DNA of 64,000 nucleotides from Candidatus Zhuqueibacterota bacterium (GCA_049322915.1 JBMOPW010000020.1:192001-256000); one strand, 5' to 3'. Counted from the stretch's first letter, positions 8,247-17,319 are shown. Notes: a model not told the origin generated them from the letters alone. Numbers and translations are program-made.

Positions 8247-10601
8247 GGCAGCGCGGATTGTCTGGAAACCGGATGTCGCCAGGGCGAATGCAAGTTCAAA
8301 TGCCACCGCCAGCATGAACAGCCACCAGTTGACCTGAGTTCGATAGGCAAAATGATTCAACCAGTAATGCATGAGGCAGAATGAGAAAGGAATAGCAAGC
8401 GCGCTGGCGCCTAAAATCCAGATGATGAACTGGCGGGAAATGAGAAACGTGATGCCGAATGCGCTTGCGCCCATCACTTTTCGGATGCCGATTTCTTTCG
8501 TACGGTTTTTTGTCACGAACGAGCTGAGACCGTAAAGCCCCAGACAGGAGACGAACAGAGCCAATCCGGTAAAAATGGATAAGAGTTCCCCCGACTTTTC
8601 TTCGACGCGGTAGAGGCGCGAATAGACATCCTCTAAGAAGCGATGATTTAAGGCATACCCGGGCAGGACGCTGGTCCAAACCTCTCTCACGTGCGAAATT
8701 GTCTCCGGTATTTTGTCAGGATTCAGTCTCATTGCAACTACAATGGTCTTCCGGGTATCGATCAAAATGAGCGCGGGATTGATTTTCTTGTGAAACGATT
8801 GAATGTGAAAATCCCGCACAATGCCGATCACACTGACAGCATCGCTCCGGCCCGGAATGTGAAGCAGAGCCCCGACAGGATGAGCCAGTCCCAATGCGCG
8901 CACAGCCGATTCATTCAAAATGACGCTGCCCATAGCATCCGTGGAGATTTCGCGCGAGAAATTCCTTCCCTCAATGAACGCCAGCTTCATGGTTTCGGCA
9001 AATCCAAAGTCAGCGGGCAGCGCTTGCAGATTCACCGAGTTTTCGGCCGGGCTGCCGGCTTTTGTGACGGAGATGTTGAAGCGGCTGTTGATGCCGGGCA
9101 AGGTGTACGCGCTGGAAACACCGAGTACATTCGGATTTTTCAATAACTCGTCGCGAAGCACTGAGTACTTTCCTGCTGCGGCGTCGTCATTGAGCGGGAA
9201 ATTGAGGAGCAGCACATTGTTCTTGTCGAATCCAAGTCCGGCGTTCTTCATATAGTTCAGTTGCTTGTAAATAATCGCCGTCCCCAGGATGAGAGTCAGG
9301 GTCAACGCAAACTGCAGGACGACGATGAATTTTCGAAGATTGAGCTTATGAGTGAGGCCCAGTCGCCGTTTCTTCAGAATGTCCACGGGCCGGAATCTGG
9401 ATAAAAACAGCGCCGGGTACCCGCCGGCAATGAGACTCACTGTGACGATCAGTCCGATGATGAGGATGCTGAATTGCAGCTTGAGCGTCGGTCCCATGTA
9501 AAAATCGGTTCCCACGAAGTCGTAAAATAGTGGCCGCAGTAATTCGAAAATGACAAATCCAACGGCGATGGCGAAGAGCGTAATGAGGAACGATTCGATC
9601 AAAAGCTGATGAATGAGCTGCGGGCGGCTTGCGCCGACGACTTTGCGAATGCCGATTTCCCGGGCGCGGTTCAAATAGCGCGACGTGGATAGGTTGATAA
9701 AATTGAAGCAGGCAATGATGAGAACGAAGAAAGCAGCGGCTAAAAATATTGTCACATACATTTTGTTACCTTTGGGCCCGAGGTCGTAGTTGGAGCGCAT
9801 ATCCCAGTGAATTTCCGAAAGCGGCAGCGGTATGAATTTCATGCGCAAAGCGAACCAGTCATTGGTATTCTCCTTCAGCATGTCCGCCAGCCTGCTCATG
9901 ACCGGCCCAATGGTTGCTCTCTCTTTCAACAGTAAGTAGGTGAAATCATCGCCCCATTGATCCCAGGGCGCAGCACTGACTTTGCCGCTCGCCGCAAATG
10001 TGGCGTAGGAAATGATGAACTGGCAGTTGAGATGGGTGTTGCGCGGGAAATCCCGCATGACGCCGGTGATTTTTAAAGGGGAGTCCTGATAGACTAACGT
10101 GCGGCCAACAGGATTTTCGGCGCCGAAATATTTCCGAGCCTGCGATTCGGTCATGACCAGGGAAAACGGTTCGGAGAGGGCATTTGCCGTATCGCCCTGG
10201 ATGAGATCAAACGTGAAGATGTCGAAAATCCCTGGCTCAGCGAGAAAGACATAGTCCTCGCGGATGGATTCGTCATTCGGCCTCGTGAAAATAGCGTCGT
10301 AATCTCGGCGAATGCGAATGGCGCGTTCGACTTCAGGCGACTGCGTATTCAGAGCCGGGGCGAGTGCGGGCATGGAGCCGGCGAAAATCATTTTGCTCTC
10401 CGGCGTGCCCCACTCCAGCATGATGCGATAGATGCGGCTTTTTTTCTCATGGAAATTCTCAAAGCTGGTCTCGTACATGACGTAGGTCAGCATCACCATG
10501 CAAACAGCCAGCCCAACGGCGAGACCGAGGATATTGATTGCTGAGAATCCCTTGTTCCGGCCGACATTGCGGAACGCGATTTTGATATAGTTCTTTAACA
10601 T
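8211..10601 (-). CDS. ABC transporter permease, duplicated MacB_PCD/FtsX
   Basis: MLKNYIKIAFRN, REIGIRKVVGA, KEIGIRKVMGA; ends ANPVESLRCE. Confidence 0.95.
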   Translation of the reverse strand: MLKNYIKIAFRNVGRNKGFSAINILGLAVGLAVCMVMLTYVMYETSFENFHEKKSRIYRIMLEWGTPESKMIFAGSMPALAPALNTQSPEVERAIRIRRDYDAIFTRPNDESIREDYVFLAEPGIFDIFTFDLIQGDTANALSEPFSLVMTESQARKYFGAENPVGRTLVYQDSPLKITGVMRDFPRNTHLNCQFIISYATFAASGKVSAAPWDQWGDDFTYLLLKERATIGPVMSRLADMLKENTNDWFALRMKFIPLPLSEIHWDMRSNYDLGPKGNKMYVTIFLAAAFFVLIIACFNFINLSTSRYLNRAREIGIRKVVGASRPQLIHQLLIESFLITLFAIAVGFVIFELLRPLFYDFVGTDFYMGPTLKLQFSILIIGLIVTVSLIAGGYPALFLSRFRPVDILKKRRLGLTHKLNLRKFIVVLQFALTLTLILGTAIIYKQLNYMKNAGLGFDKNNVLLLNFPLNDDAAAGKYSVLRDELLKNPNVLGVSSAYTLPGINSRFNISVTKAGSPAENSVNLQALPADFGFAETMKLAFIEGRNFSREISTDAMGSVILNESAVRALGLAHPVGALLHIPGRSDAVSVIGIVRDFHIQSFHKKINPALILIDTRKTIVVAMRLNPDKIPETISHVREVWTSVLPGYALNHRFLEDVYSRLYRVEEKSGELLSIFTGLALFVSCLGLYGLSSFVTKNRTKEIGIRKVMGASAFGITFLISRQFIIWILGASALAIPFSFCLMHYWLNHFAYRTQVNWWLFMLAVAFELAFALATSGFQTIRAALANPVESLRCE

Positions 10602-10865
10602 GGCGTTCTCCTGCCTGATCGATTAAAAGAGAGAGCCTTCAGTCCGTGACTCACGGAGGCTCGACTGAAGGGGTTGGAAATCCCGGGCAGTCAGTTTTTT
10701 TCAAGCGTAATTTTATTAATGAAAATAGCTCACCGGGAGAAAAAGCGCTCGCTGCATCGGACACCAAAAAGGCAGTGATTGACCCATGTGAATGAGCGAT
10801 TTCACTTGCCCGGCACATCATTCCTGATCGCGCGGCTGCAACGCCCGGAACGCCCGGATTTCCAA

Positions 10866-11555
10866 TTACACCCGGAATCTCTCCTTGACATTTTCCGTGA
10901 CCACCTGGCCGTCGAACAGATGAATGATGCGATGGCAATATTCAGCATAGGCCGGCGAGTGGGTGACCATGATGATCGTCGTGCCGTTCTCGTGCAGGTC
11001 GGACAACAGTTTCATCACCTCATCCCCGTGAGCTGAATCCAGGTTGCCAGTCGGCTCGTCCGCCAAAATGAGCCGGGGTTGAGCGACTACAGCTCGTCCC
11101 ACGGCGACGCGCTGCTGCTGCCCGCCGGAGAGCTGCTGTGGGAAATGATTTTTCCGATGCATCATCTGCATCTGCTCCATCACTTCATTGACGCGCGTTT
11201 TTCGTTCGGCTGACGAATAGCCCAGATACAGCAGCGGAAGTTCAATGTTTTCGAACACCGTCAATTCATCGATTAAATTAAAACTCTGAAAGACAAATCC
11301 GATATTGGCTTTTCGCAGATTCGCCCGCTGCCGTTCAGAATACCGGGATACCTCCTGGTCCAGAAAGTAGTACTCGCCGTCGTTGGGATTGTCCAGCAGC
11401 CCCAGCAGGTTGAGCAGCGTGGACTTCCCGCATCCGGACGGTCCCATGATGGCCACAAACTCTCCCTGCGTGATTTCGATGTTCACGTTATTCAGAGCAG
11501 TCGTTTCCACTTCCTCGGTCATGTAGATTTTTTTGAGATTTTTGGTTTTTATCAT
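10866..11555 (-). CDS. ABC transporter ATP-binding protein (LolD/MacB-like)
   Basis: GPSGCGKST Walker A, LSGGQQQR signature, LADEPTGNLD. Confidence 0.97.
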   Translation of the reverse strand: MIKTKNLKKIYMTEEVETTALNNVNIEITQGEFVAIMGPSGCGKSTLLNLLGLLDNPNDGEYYFLDQEVSRYSERQRANLRKANIGFVFQSFNLIDELTVFENIELPLLYLGYSSAERKTRVNEVMEQMQMMHRKNHFPQQLSGGQQQRVAVGRAVVAQPRLILADEPTGNLDSAHGDEVMKLLSDLHENGTTIIMVTHSPAYAEYCHRIIHLFDGQVVTENVKERFRV

Positions 11556-11626
11556 TGGTTTGTTCTCCGACTTATTGATCCTTCATTATTCTCCTGTATG
11601 GATAGAGATGTTTTAGGTTTTAAGAT

Positions 11627-11675
11627 GCGTTCAGCGTTCAGCGTTCAGCGGTCAGCCTTCTGCCTTTAGCTTTTG
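11627..11675. repeat. Heptamer tandem array downstream of and overlapping the four-helix-bundle gene
   Basis: GCGTTCA x3, GCGGTCA, GCCTTCT, GCCTTTA, GCTTTTG. Confidence 0.9.
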
Positions 11676-12011
11676 TATCAATCCAGCCAACATTTTTTTT
11701 ACTTCTTCAATTTCATTCAACAATTTTATATACGTGTTTTCATCGAGATAATGTAAATCGTAGGCTAAAAGTGTCTGGTATTCAAGTTCACTCGCTGATC
11801 CCATTGCAATTTGCAGGAAGCGAGCAAAATCAAGGTCGCTGTTTCGTCCACAACCTTCAGCAATATTTGATGGGATAGAAATACTGGATCTACGGATTTG
11901 GCTCGTCAATCCATAGATTTCCTCTTTTGGAAATGCACGAGTGTTTTTATAAATTTGCAAGGTTAGCTCATGGCTTTTCTGCCATACATTCAACTTCCTA
12001 AAATCTTTCAT
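11652..12011 (-). CDS. Four helix bundle protein (23S rRNA-IVP / TIGR02436, Avd-like fold)
   Basis: FRKLNVWQKS...FPKEEIYGLTSQIRRSSISIPSNIAEGCGR...FLQIAMGSASELEYQ is the family signature. Confidence 0.93.
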   Translation of the reverse strand: MKDFRKLNVWQKSHELTLQIYKNTRAFPKEEIYGLTSQIRRSSISIPSNIAEGCGRNSDLDFARFLQIAMGSASELEYQTLLAYDLHYLDENTYIKLLNEIEEVKKMLAGLIQKLKAEG

Positions 12012-12031
12012 TTTAATTCCTCCTGTTTTTA

Positions 12032-12063
12032 TCTGATTGCTAATTGCTGAAAGCTGATAGCTA
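12032..12063. repeat. Heptamer tandem array upstream of the four-helix-bundle gene (inverted relative to 11627-11675)
   Basis: TCTGATT GCTAATT GCTGAAA GCTGATA GCTA; GCTGA is the reverse complement of TCAGC in the other array. Confidence 0.85.
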
Positions 12064-13311
12064 TTTCAGAATCAGCTTATCCTTGTCCCCGAAATTGTCG
12101 TAGCTGGAAGTGATCACCTGTTCACCGGGGACAAGGCCGGCGGAGATTTCGTACACCTGGGTGTTGCTGCGGTGAATCTGAATCTTCCGTTTCACAGCAA
12201 AATGGCCGGAGCGGTCGAGAATATAGACCCACTGGCCGCCGGTGCTTTGATAGAATCCGCCGGTGGGCAGTAATATCGCGTCGGTGAGATCGCCCAGGTC
12301 GAGGCGAATGTGAAGCGTCTGCCCGCGCCGGATGTCAGCCGGAGGATCTCCGAGGAAGTCCAGATCGATTTCAAACCGTCCCTCTTTCACCTCAGGGTAA
12401 ACGCGCGTGACTTCGAGGCTATAGGTGCTGTTCGATAAATCGAATCGCCCAGTTCTGCCAATTTCGACGCGCGCGATGTAATGCTCGTCGATACTGGCGC
12501 GCACATTGAAGCTATCCAGCACATCGATCTGGCCCAATCGTTCTCCGGCGGACTTCGATTCGCCGATCTCCGCATTGAGCGAAGTGAGCAATCCGGCGAT
12601 GGGCGATTTAATGGTCAAATTCTCCACCTTCTGTCTGGCAATATCAAGATTAGAGGTCATCCGCTTCAACGACGCGTTCATTTCCTCAATTTGTGACAGT
12701 CTGAAGAGCGAATCCTGTCGGAAAGTCTCGATGGCCAAAACCCGGCGTTTGGTGACATAGTCGAATTCGTCTTTGATTTCTTCGAACTCCTGGTCGGAAA
12801 TGAGCTTTTGTTCCGCTAACACCTTATTCCGATCATGGAGCCGGTTCAGTTTTTTCAGGCGATAATCCAGATCATTCAATTCCGTCAGCAGGTTCAAACG
12901 ATATTGCTCCATCTGAAGACGCGTGGCCCGCAGATTATCGCTCTGGCGGAATAGCTCCGCTTCCCGTTGCATGATATTCAAAATCAAATTGGTGTTGGTG
13001 AGTTTGAGAATTTTGTCGCCAACCCTGACAAACGCGCCGGCTTCCACAAATTTCTCATCGACGCGACCGCCTTCGTCGGCGTCGAGGTAAAATGTCATCA
13101 CCGGATGGACATTGCCGATGATCGGTATGAATTCCTGGAATGGGCCGTGGGTGACCGTGGAAATGGTGATCCGCTCGCGATCCACATTGAGTTTGGAACT
13201 GCTGTCGCTGAAAATGAAGATATAAAGGACGAAGAGCGCAAATGCCGTTATGCCGGCAATCCCAATAATTTTTTTAGACGTCCATTTTTTCTTTTGAATT
13301 GGTCGATCCAT
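12061..13311 (-). CDS. Efflux periplasmic adaptor (HlyD/MFP family)
   Basis: N-terminal TM, GGRV..lipoyl half-motif, long coiled coil, IKSPIAG, beta-barrel and C-terminal GLVPGEQVI. Confidence 0.92.
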   Translation of the reverse strand: MDRPIQKKKWTSKKIIGIAGITAFALFVLYIFIFSDSSSKLNVDRERITISTVTHGPFQEFIPIIGNVHPVMTFYLDADEGGRVDEKFVEAGAFVRVGDKILKLTNTNLILNIMQREAELFRQSDNLRATRLQMEQYRLNLLTELNDLDYRLKKLNRLHDRNKVLAEQKLISDQEFEEIKDEFDYVTKRRVLAIETFRQDSLFRLSQIEEMNASLKRMTSNLDIARQKVENLTIKSPIAGLLTSLNAEIGESKSAGERLGQIDVLDSFNVRASIDEHYIARVEIGRTGRFDLSNSTYSLEVTRVYPEVKEGRFEIDLDFLGDPPADIRRGQTLHIRLDLGDLTDAILLPTGGFYQSTGGQWVYILDRSGHFAVKRKIQIHRSNTQVYEISAGLVPGEQVITSSYDNFGDKDKLILK

Positions 13312-13393
13312 TCAAGTTCCCTCGCGTTTTAATCCACAGATTTATTCGTGATAGGTGGGCATTTGGTTGAAGTGAAATGTTAAATCTGAGCAC

Positions 13394-13409
13394 TTCAATA
13401 TCCGTGCCA
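13394..13409 (-). promoter_or_regulatory. Sigma-54 (-24/-12) promoter for the exporter operon
   Basis: Minus strand TGGCACG-GATA-TTGAA (consensus TGGCACG-N4-TTGC, with -12 C>A), ~80 nt upstream of the MFP start and next to a sigma-54 activator. Confidence 0.7.
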
Positions 13410-13484
13410 TCATTATAATTTAATGACTTAAGCTTGAAAACACAAAATTTTAAACGATGAAACTATCCGCTTCCATGACACTCG

Positions 13485-13502
13485 GTGTTCGGAACCGTAC
13501 AC
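13485..13502. promoter_or_regulatory. Candidate enhancer (UAS) palindrome for the sigma-54 activator
   Basis: GTGTTCG-GAAC-CGTACAC imperfect palindrome ~80 nt upstream of the -24 box; weaker copy at 13463-13481. Confidence 0.45.
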
Positions 13503-13528
13503 TTTTTCATGTCAAACCAACAAAATAC

Positions 13529-13557
13529 TTGCTTTTTAAAAACAAAAATTGTATATA
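13529..13557 (+). promoter_or_regulatory. Candidate sigma-70 promoter for the regulator pair
   Basis: TTGCTT-17 nt-TATATA. Confidence 0.4.
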
Positions 13558-13652
13558 GTTAAAACTTGAACCACGGCCTGCTGTCGCCGGGGAACGAGGC
13601 GCCGGCGCACAATCAGGAGGCCGGTGAGCATTCAGCAAAAGAGAAAAAATTC

Positions 13653-15029
13653 ATGACTCCCAAAGTTGGCAAGATACTTGTCATTGACGACGACGAAGAT
13701 GTGCTGCACGCCGCCCGTCTTTTTCTGAAGCAGCACGTGAATTTGGTTCACACCGAAAAGAATCCGGGCAATATTGCCAGCCTGATGAAAAATGAGAATT
13801 ACGATGTCATCCTCCTGGACATGAATTTCACCAGGGACGTCACCAGCGGCGGCGAGGGATTTGTCTGGCTCAACAGAATTCTGGAAATCGATCCGTCCGC
13901 CGTTGTCGTGATGGTTACGGCTTACGGCGATGTGGAATTGGCGGTGCGGGCGATCAAAGAGGGGGCGACGGAATTTGTGCTCAAGCCGTGGCAGAACGAA
14001 AAGCTGCTGGCGACAATTTCGGCGGCGCTGAATCTGCGGCGCACGCGCAGCGAAGTCGCTGATCTGCGCGATCGGCAAAAACAGCTCAGCGCGGATCTGG
14101 ACCAGCCGTTTCATGAGTTCATCGGTTCCTGCCCGGCCATGCAGCAGGTATTCAAGACCATCGAGAAAGTGGCCAACACTGTCGCCAATGTGCTTATCCT
14201 GGGCGAAAACGGCACAGGCAAAGAGCTCGTGGCCCGCGAACTGCATCGCCAGTCGGCGCGGGCTCAGGAGGTTTTCATCAGCGTGGATATGGGCGCATTG
14301 ACAACCACGCTCTTCGAGAGCGAATTGTTCGGGCATGTGAAAGGCGCTTTCACGGACGCCAAAGAAGATCGCGCCGGCCGATTCGAAGTTGCCTCCGGCG
14401 GAACCCTGTTCCTGGACGAAATCGGCAATATTCCGTTGCCGCTTCAGGCGAAACTGCTGACCGTGCTTCAGAATCGGGAGGTGACGCGTATCGGTTCCAA
14501 TCGGGCCAAACCCATCGACATTCGTCTGATCTGCGCCACGAATCGGAACATCTTTGAACTGGTAGCGCAAAAGCAGTTTCGGGAGGATTTGCTTTACCGA
14601 ATCAATACGGTGGAAATTCATCTGCCGCCGCTGAGAGAGAGAATCGATGATATTCTGGCGCTGGTCGATTTTTTCCTCGGCGTGTATTGCAGGAAATACA
14701 ATGCGCCACGCAAGCGGGTCAACAGCGCCACACTGAAAAAGCTGGAAAAATACCACTGGCCGGGCAATGTGCGCGAATTGCAGCATGCCATTGAACGCGC
14801 TGTAATTATGACCGATGCCACCGTGCTCAATCCCCCGGACATATTTTTCCCGACCCGTGAATCCCGCGAAGACGGGTTGATTTTCGATAATTACAATCTG
14901 GAAGAAGCAGAAAAAATGATCATCCGCAAGGCCATTGACAAGCACAACGGCAATATTTCCAGAGCAGCGCGAGAGCTGGGCGTCACGCGAACCTCACTTT
15001 ATCGAAGATTAGAGAAATATGGTATTTAG
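13653..15029 (+). CDS. Sigma-54-dependent response regulator (REC-AAA+-HTH_8)
   Basis: Receiver (ILLDMNF), [30 protein letters not shown]-terminal Fis HTH; start set at MTPKVG. Confidence 0.96.
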   Translation: MTPKVGKILVIDDDEDVLHAARLFLKQHVNLVHTEKNPGNIASLMKNENYDVILLDMNFTRDVTSGGEGFVWLNRILEIDPSAVVVMVTAYGDVELAVRAIKEGATEFVLKPWQNEKLLATISAALNLRRTRSEVADLRDRQKQLSADLDQPFHEFIGSCPAMQQVFKTIEKVANTVANVLILGENGTGKELVARELHRQSARAQEVFISVDMGALTTTLFESELFGHVKGAFTDAKEDRAGRFEVASGGTLFLDEIGNIPLPLQAKLLTVLQNREVTRIGSNRAKPIDIRLICATNRNIFELVAQKQFREDLLYRINTVEIHLPPLRERIDDILALVDFFLGVYCRKYNAPRKRVNSATLKKLEKYHWPGNVRELQHAIERAVIMTDATVLNPPDIFFPTRESREDGLIFDNYNLEEAEKMIIRKAIDKHNGNISRAARELGVTRTSLYRRLEKYGI

Positions 15030-16353
15030 ACATTTCAGGTTTATCATATCGCTGCGGATTTTCCTGCTGGCGGCGAACGGTCTGCTGTTCAGTTTTTTCA
15101 TACTGAAGACAGTCCATTATGCTGTCATTGGAGTCAGCGGGCTGGTCTTTGTCTATCAGATCTATTCGCTCATCCGCTACGTGGAAAAAACCAATCGCGA
15201 TCTGAATCGTTTTCTCGATGCCATTCGGTACGACGATTTTTCTCAGTCGTTCAGCGGTCTCTCGTTAGGCGCTTCGTTCGATGAACTCCGAAAGGCGTTC
15301 AATGACGTCCTGGAGAAATTCAAGCGGACCCGGTCGGAAAAGGAGGAGCACTTCCGGTACCTGCACACTGTGGTGCAGCATGTGGGCATTGGCCTGATTA
15401 CGTTTCAGCCAAATGGCGACGTCCAGCTCATCAACACTGCGGCGAAGCGATTGCTCAAAGTGAATCGGTTGAGAAACATCGAACAACTCAGCTCGCTGAG
15501 CCAGGACCTGGGGACGCGGCTGAAAAAAATGAAGTCCGGAGAAAAGGCGCTGGTCAAAGTGAGCGACGAAGACAGCGCGTTGCAGTTGACCATTTCCGCC
15601 ACGGAATTTCGGATGCAGGGCCAGCAATTCACGCTCGTCTCGCTGCAAAATATTCAGAGCGAATTGGAAGAGAAGGAGATGGATGCCTGGCAAAACCTGA
15701 TCCGCGTGCTCACCCATGAAATCATGAATTCGGTGACGCCCATTTCCTCCCTCGCGTCGACGGTCAATTGTCTGCTCTCTGATTCGCCGCAACTGACCGG
15801 GGAAACAATCGACGACGTCCGCAGCGCGGCTCAGACCATTGAAAAACGCAGCAACGGCCTGCTCCATTTTGTGGAATCATACCGCAAGCTCACACGCATC
15901 CCGCGTCCCAATTTTCAGATTTTCGGAGTGGCTGCGCTGATTGGCCGCGTCGAAAAGTTGATGAGCAGCCATGTTGCCGAGACCAATATCGCCGTCACCT
16001 CCGGCGTGGAACCCCGGCACCTGGAAATTACCGCGGATCCGGAGCTCATCGAACAGGTGCTCATCAACCTGCTGCTCAATGCAATCGAGTCAGTGAAAGG
16101 GCAATCCGCGCCGCAGATTGAATTGATGGCGCGAATCGATGCGCGGGGACGGGCGATCATTCAGGTGGCGGACAATGGGCCGGGCATTGCTCCGGACCTG
16201 CTGGATAAAATTTTCGTCCCATTTTTCACCACAAAAAAAGACGGCTCCGGCATCGGGCTCAGTCTGTCGCGGCAGATTATGCGGCTGCATCGGGGGGCGA
16301 TCTCGGCTTCATCCAACCCGGGCATCCGAACGGTCTTCACACTGCGGTTTTAA
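15019..16353 (+). CDS. Sensor histidine kinase (NtrY-like, PAS-like + HATPase)
   Basis: Two N-terminal TMs, LTHEIMNS H-box, NLLLNA, DNGPGI, FFTTKKDGSGIGL. Confidence 0.95.
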   Translation: MVFRHFRFIISLRIFLLAANGLLFSFFILKTVHYAVIGVSGLVFVYQIYSLIRYVEKTNRDLNRFLDAIRYDDFSQSFSGLSLGASFDELRKAFNDVLEKFKRTRSEKEEHFRYLHTVVQHVGIGLITFQPNGDVQLINTAAKRLLKVNRLRNIEQLSSLSQDLGTRLKKMKSGEKALVKVSDEDSALQLTISATEFRMQGQQFTLVSLQNIQSELEEKEMDAWQNLIRVLTHEIMNSVTPISSLASTVNCLLSDSPQLTGETIDDVRSAAQTIEKRSNGLLHFVESYRKLTRIPRPNFQIFGVAALIGRVEKLMSSHVAETNIAVTSGVEPRHLEITADPELIEQVLINLLLNAIESVKGQSAPQIELMARIDARGRAIIQVADNGPGIAPDLLDKIFVPFFTTKKDGSGIGLSLSRQIMRLHRGAISASSNPGIRTVFTLRF

Positions 16354-16461
16354 TAATTGCTCACGGCGCGAGACGAAAAGGCAAGGGGCACAAGGTCAGG
16401 ATTCAGCTTTGTCTTCCTTGGCGGAGAAACGGATTATTTCAGAGACGAGAGGAGTCGCTCC

Positions 16462-17319
16462 ATGGAACATGAATTGAGGAAGTCGGTGGATTCGCCCATT
16501 TACGTGGTGTCTGGCTATTCCGGCGCGAGCGGCGAGCAACTGGTGCACACGGTGCTGGCGCAGTTTCCGAATGTTGTTGTGCCGGTGAAAATGGTGACGC
16601 ATGTCCGACAGATGGAGCAGGTGATAAAAGTCGTGAATGATGCCAGGGAGACCGGCGGAACCATTGTCCATACCATGGTGGACGATGCGTTGCGCAATCG
16701 GCTCGTCGAGCTGTGCCGCGAGGTTGGCGTGAAGGCCATCGATCTTGTCGGTGATTTGTATGCCTGGCTGATTGAAGCGCTGCAGCAGCAGCCGGCCGGC
16801 ATCCCCGGGCTGTACCGCCAATTGCACAAGGTGTATTTCGATCGGGTGGAGGCCATTGAATTTTCCATGGCGCATGACGACGGCCAGAAACCGCACGAAC
16901 TGGGCAAAGCGGAAATTGTCCTCACCGGCGTGTCCCGCGTTGGCAAAACACCGCTCTCCATGTACCTGGCAGTCCTCGGCTGGAAGGTGGCGAATGTCCC
17001 GCTCGTCAAAGGAATCGACCCGCCAACAGAATTGTTTCAGGTGGATCGCCGCCGCGTCATCGGTTTGACCATCGATGCCGTGCAGCTTCTGAAATACCGC
17101 AACGCTCGATTGCATCGATTAACCGGCAGCGGCATGAGTGAGTATACCGATCCCCATGTGATTTTCGAGGAAGTTGAGGCTGCGGAGGAATTATGCCGTC
17201 GGCATCGTTTTTCGCTCATCGGCGTGTCCAACAAGCCGATTGAGACCAGCGCCAACGAGATCATCGATTTGATTACCAACCGATTCAAGGATGAAAGTCA
17301 CGGGAACATGAAGCAATAA
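16462..17319 (+). CDS. ppsR: PEP synthase/PPDK regulatory protein (kinase/pyrophosphorylase, DUF299)
   Basis: RVEAIEFSMAHDDG, GVSRVGKTPLSMYLA, KVANVPLV, KPIETSA; GAGGAG RBS before ATG 16462. Confidence 0.9.
   Translation: MEHELRKSVDSPIYVVSGYSGASGEQLVHTVLAQFPNVVVPVKMVTHVRQMEQVIKVVNDARETGGTIVHTMVDDALRNRLVELCREVGVKAIDLVGDLYAWLIEALQQQPAGIPGLYRQLHKVYFDRVEAIEFSMAHDDGQKPHELGKAEIVLTGVSRVGKTPLSMYLAVLGWKVANVPLVKGIDPPTELFQVDRRRVIGLTIDAVQLLKYRNARLHRLTGSGMSEYTDPHVIFEEVEAAEELCRRHRFSLIGVSNKPIETSANEIIDLITNRFKDESHGNMKQ

Noticed and set aside
8064..8384. Small plus-strand ORFs at the junctions (382-615, 5469-5696, 8064-8384) that resemble each other
   Set aside because: Their similarity simply reflects the DNA repeat; they are antisense to permease ends and lack RBSs.
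11652..12011. 23S rRNA intervening sequence
   Set aside because: The family name is historical; no rRNA sequence flanks the gene.
514..12063. Diversity-generating retroelement (Avd-like gene, repeated gene 3' ends, downstream hairpin)
   Set aside because: No reverse transcriptase in the window, no separate template repeat, and too few differences between repeats to show adenine-specific mutagenesis.
13632..14945. 437-aa minus-strand ORF
   Set aside because: Antisense shadow of the sigma-54 regulator, with no motifs.
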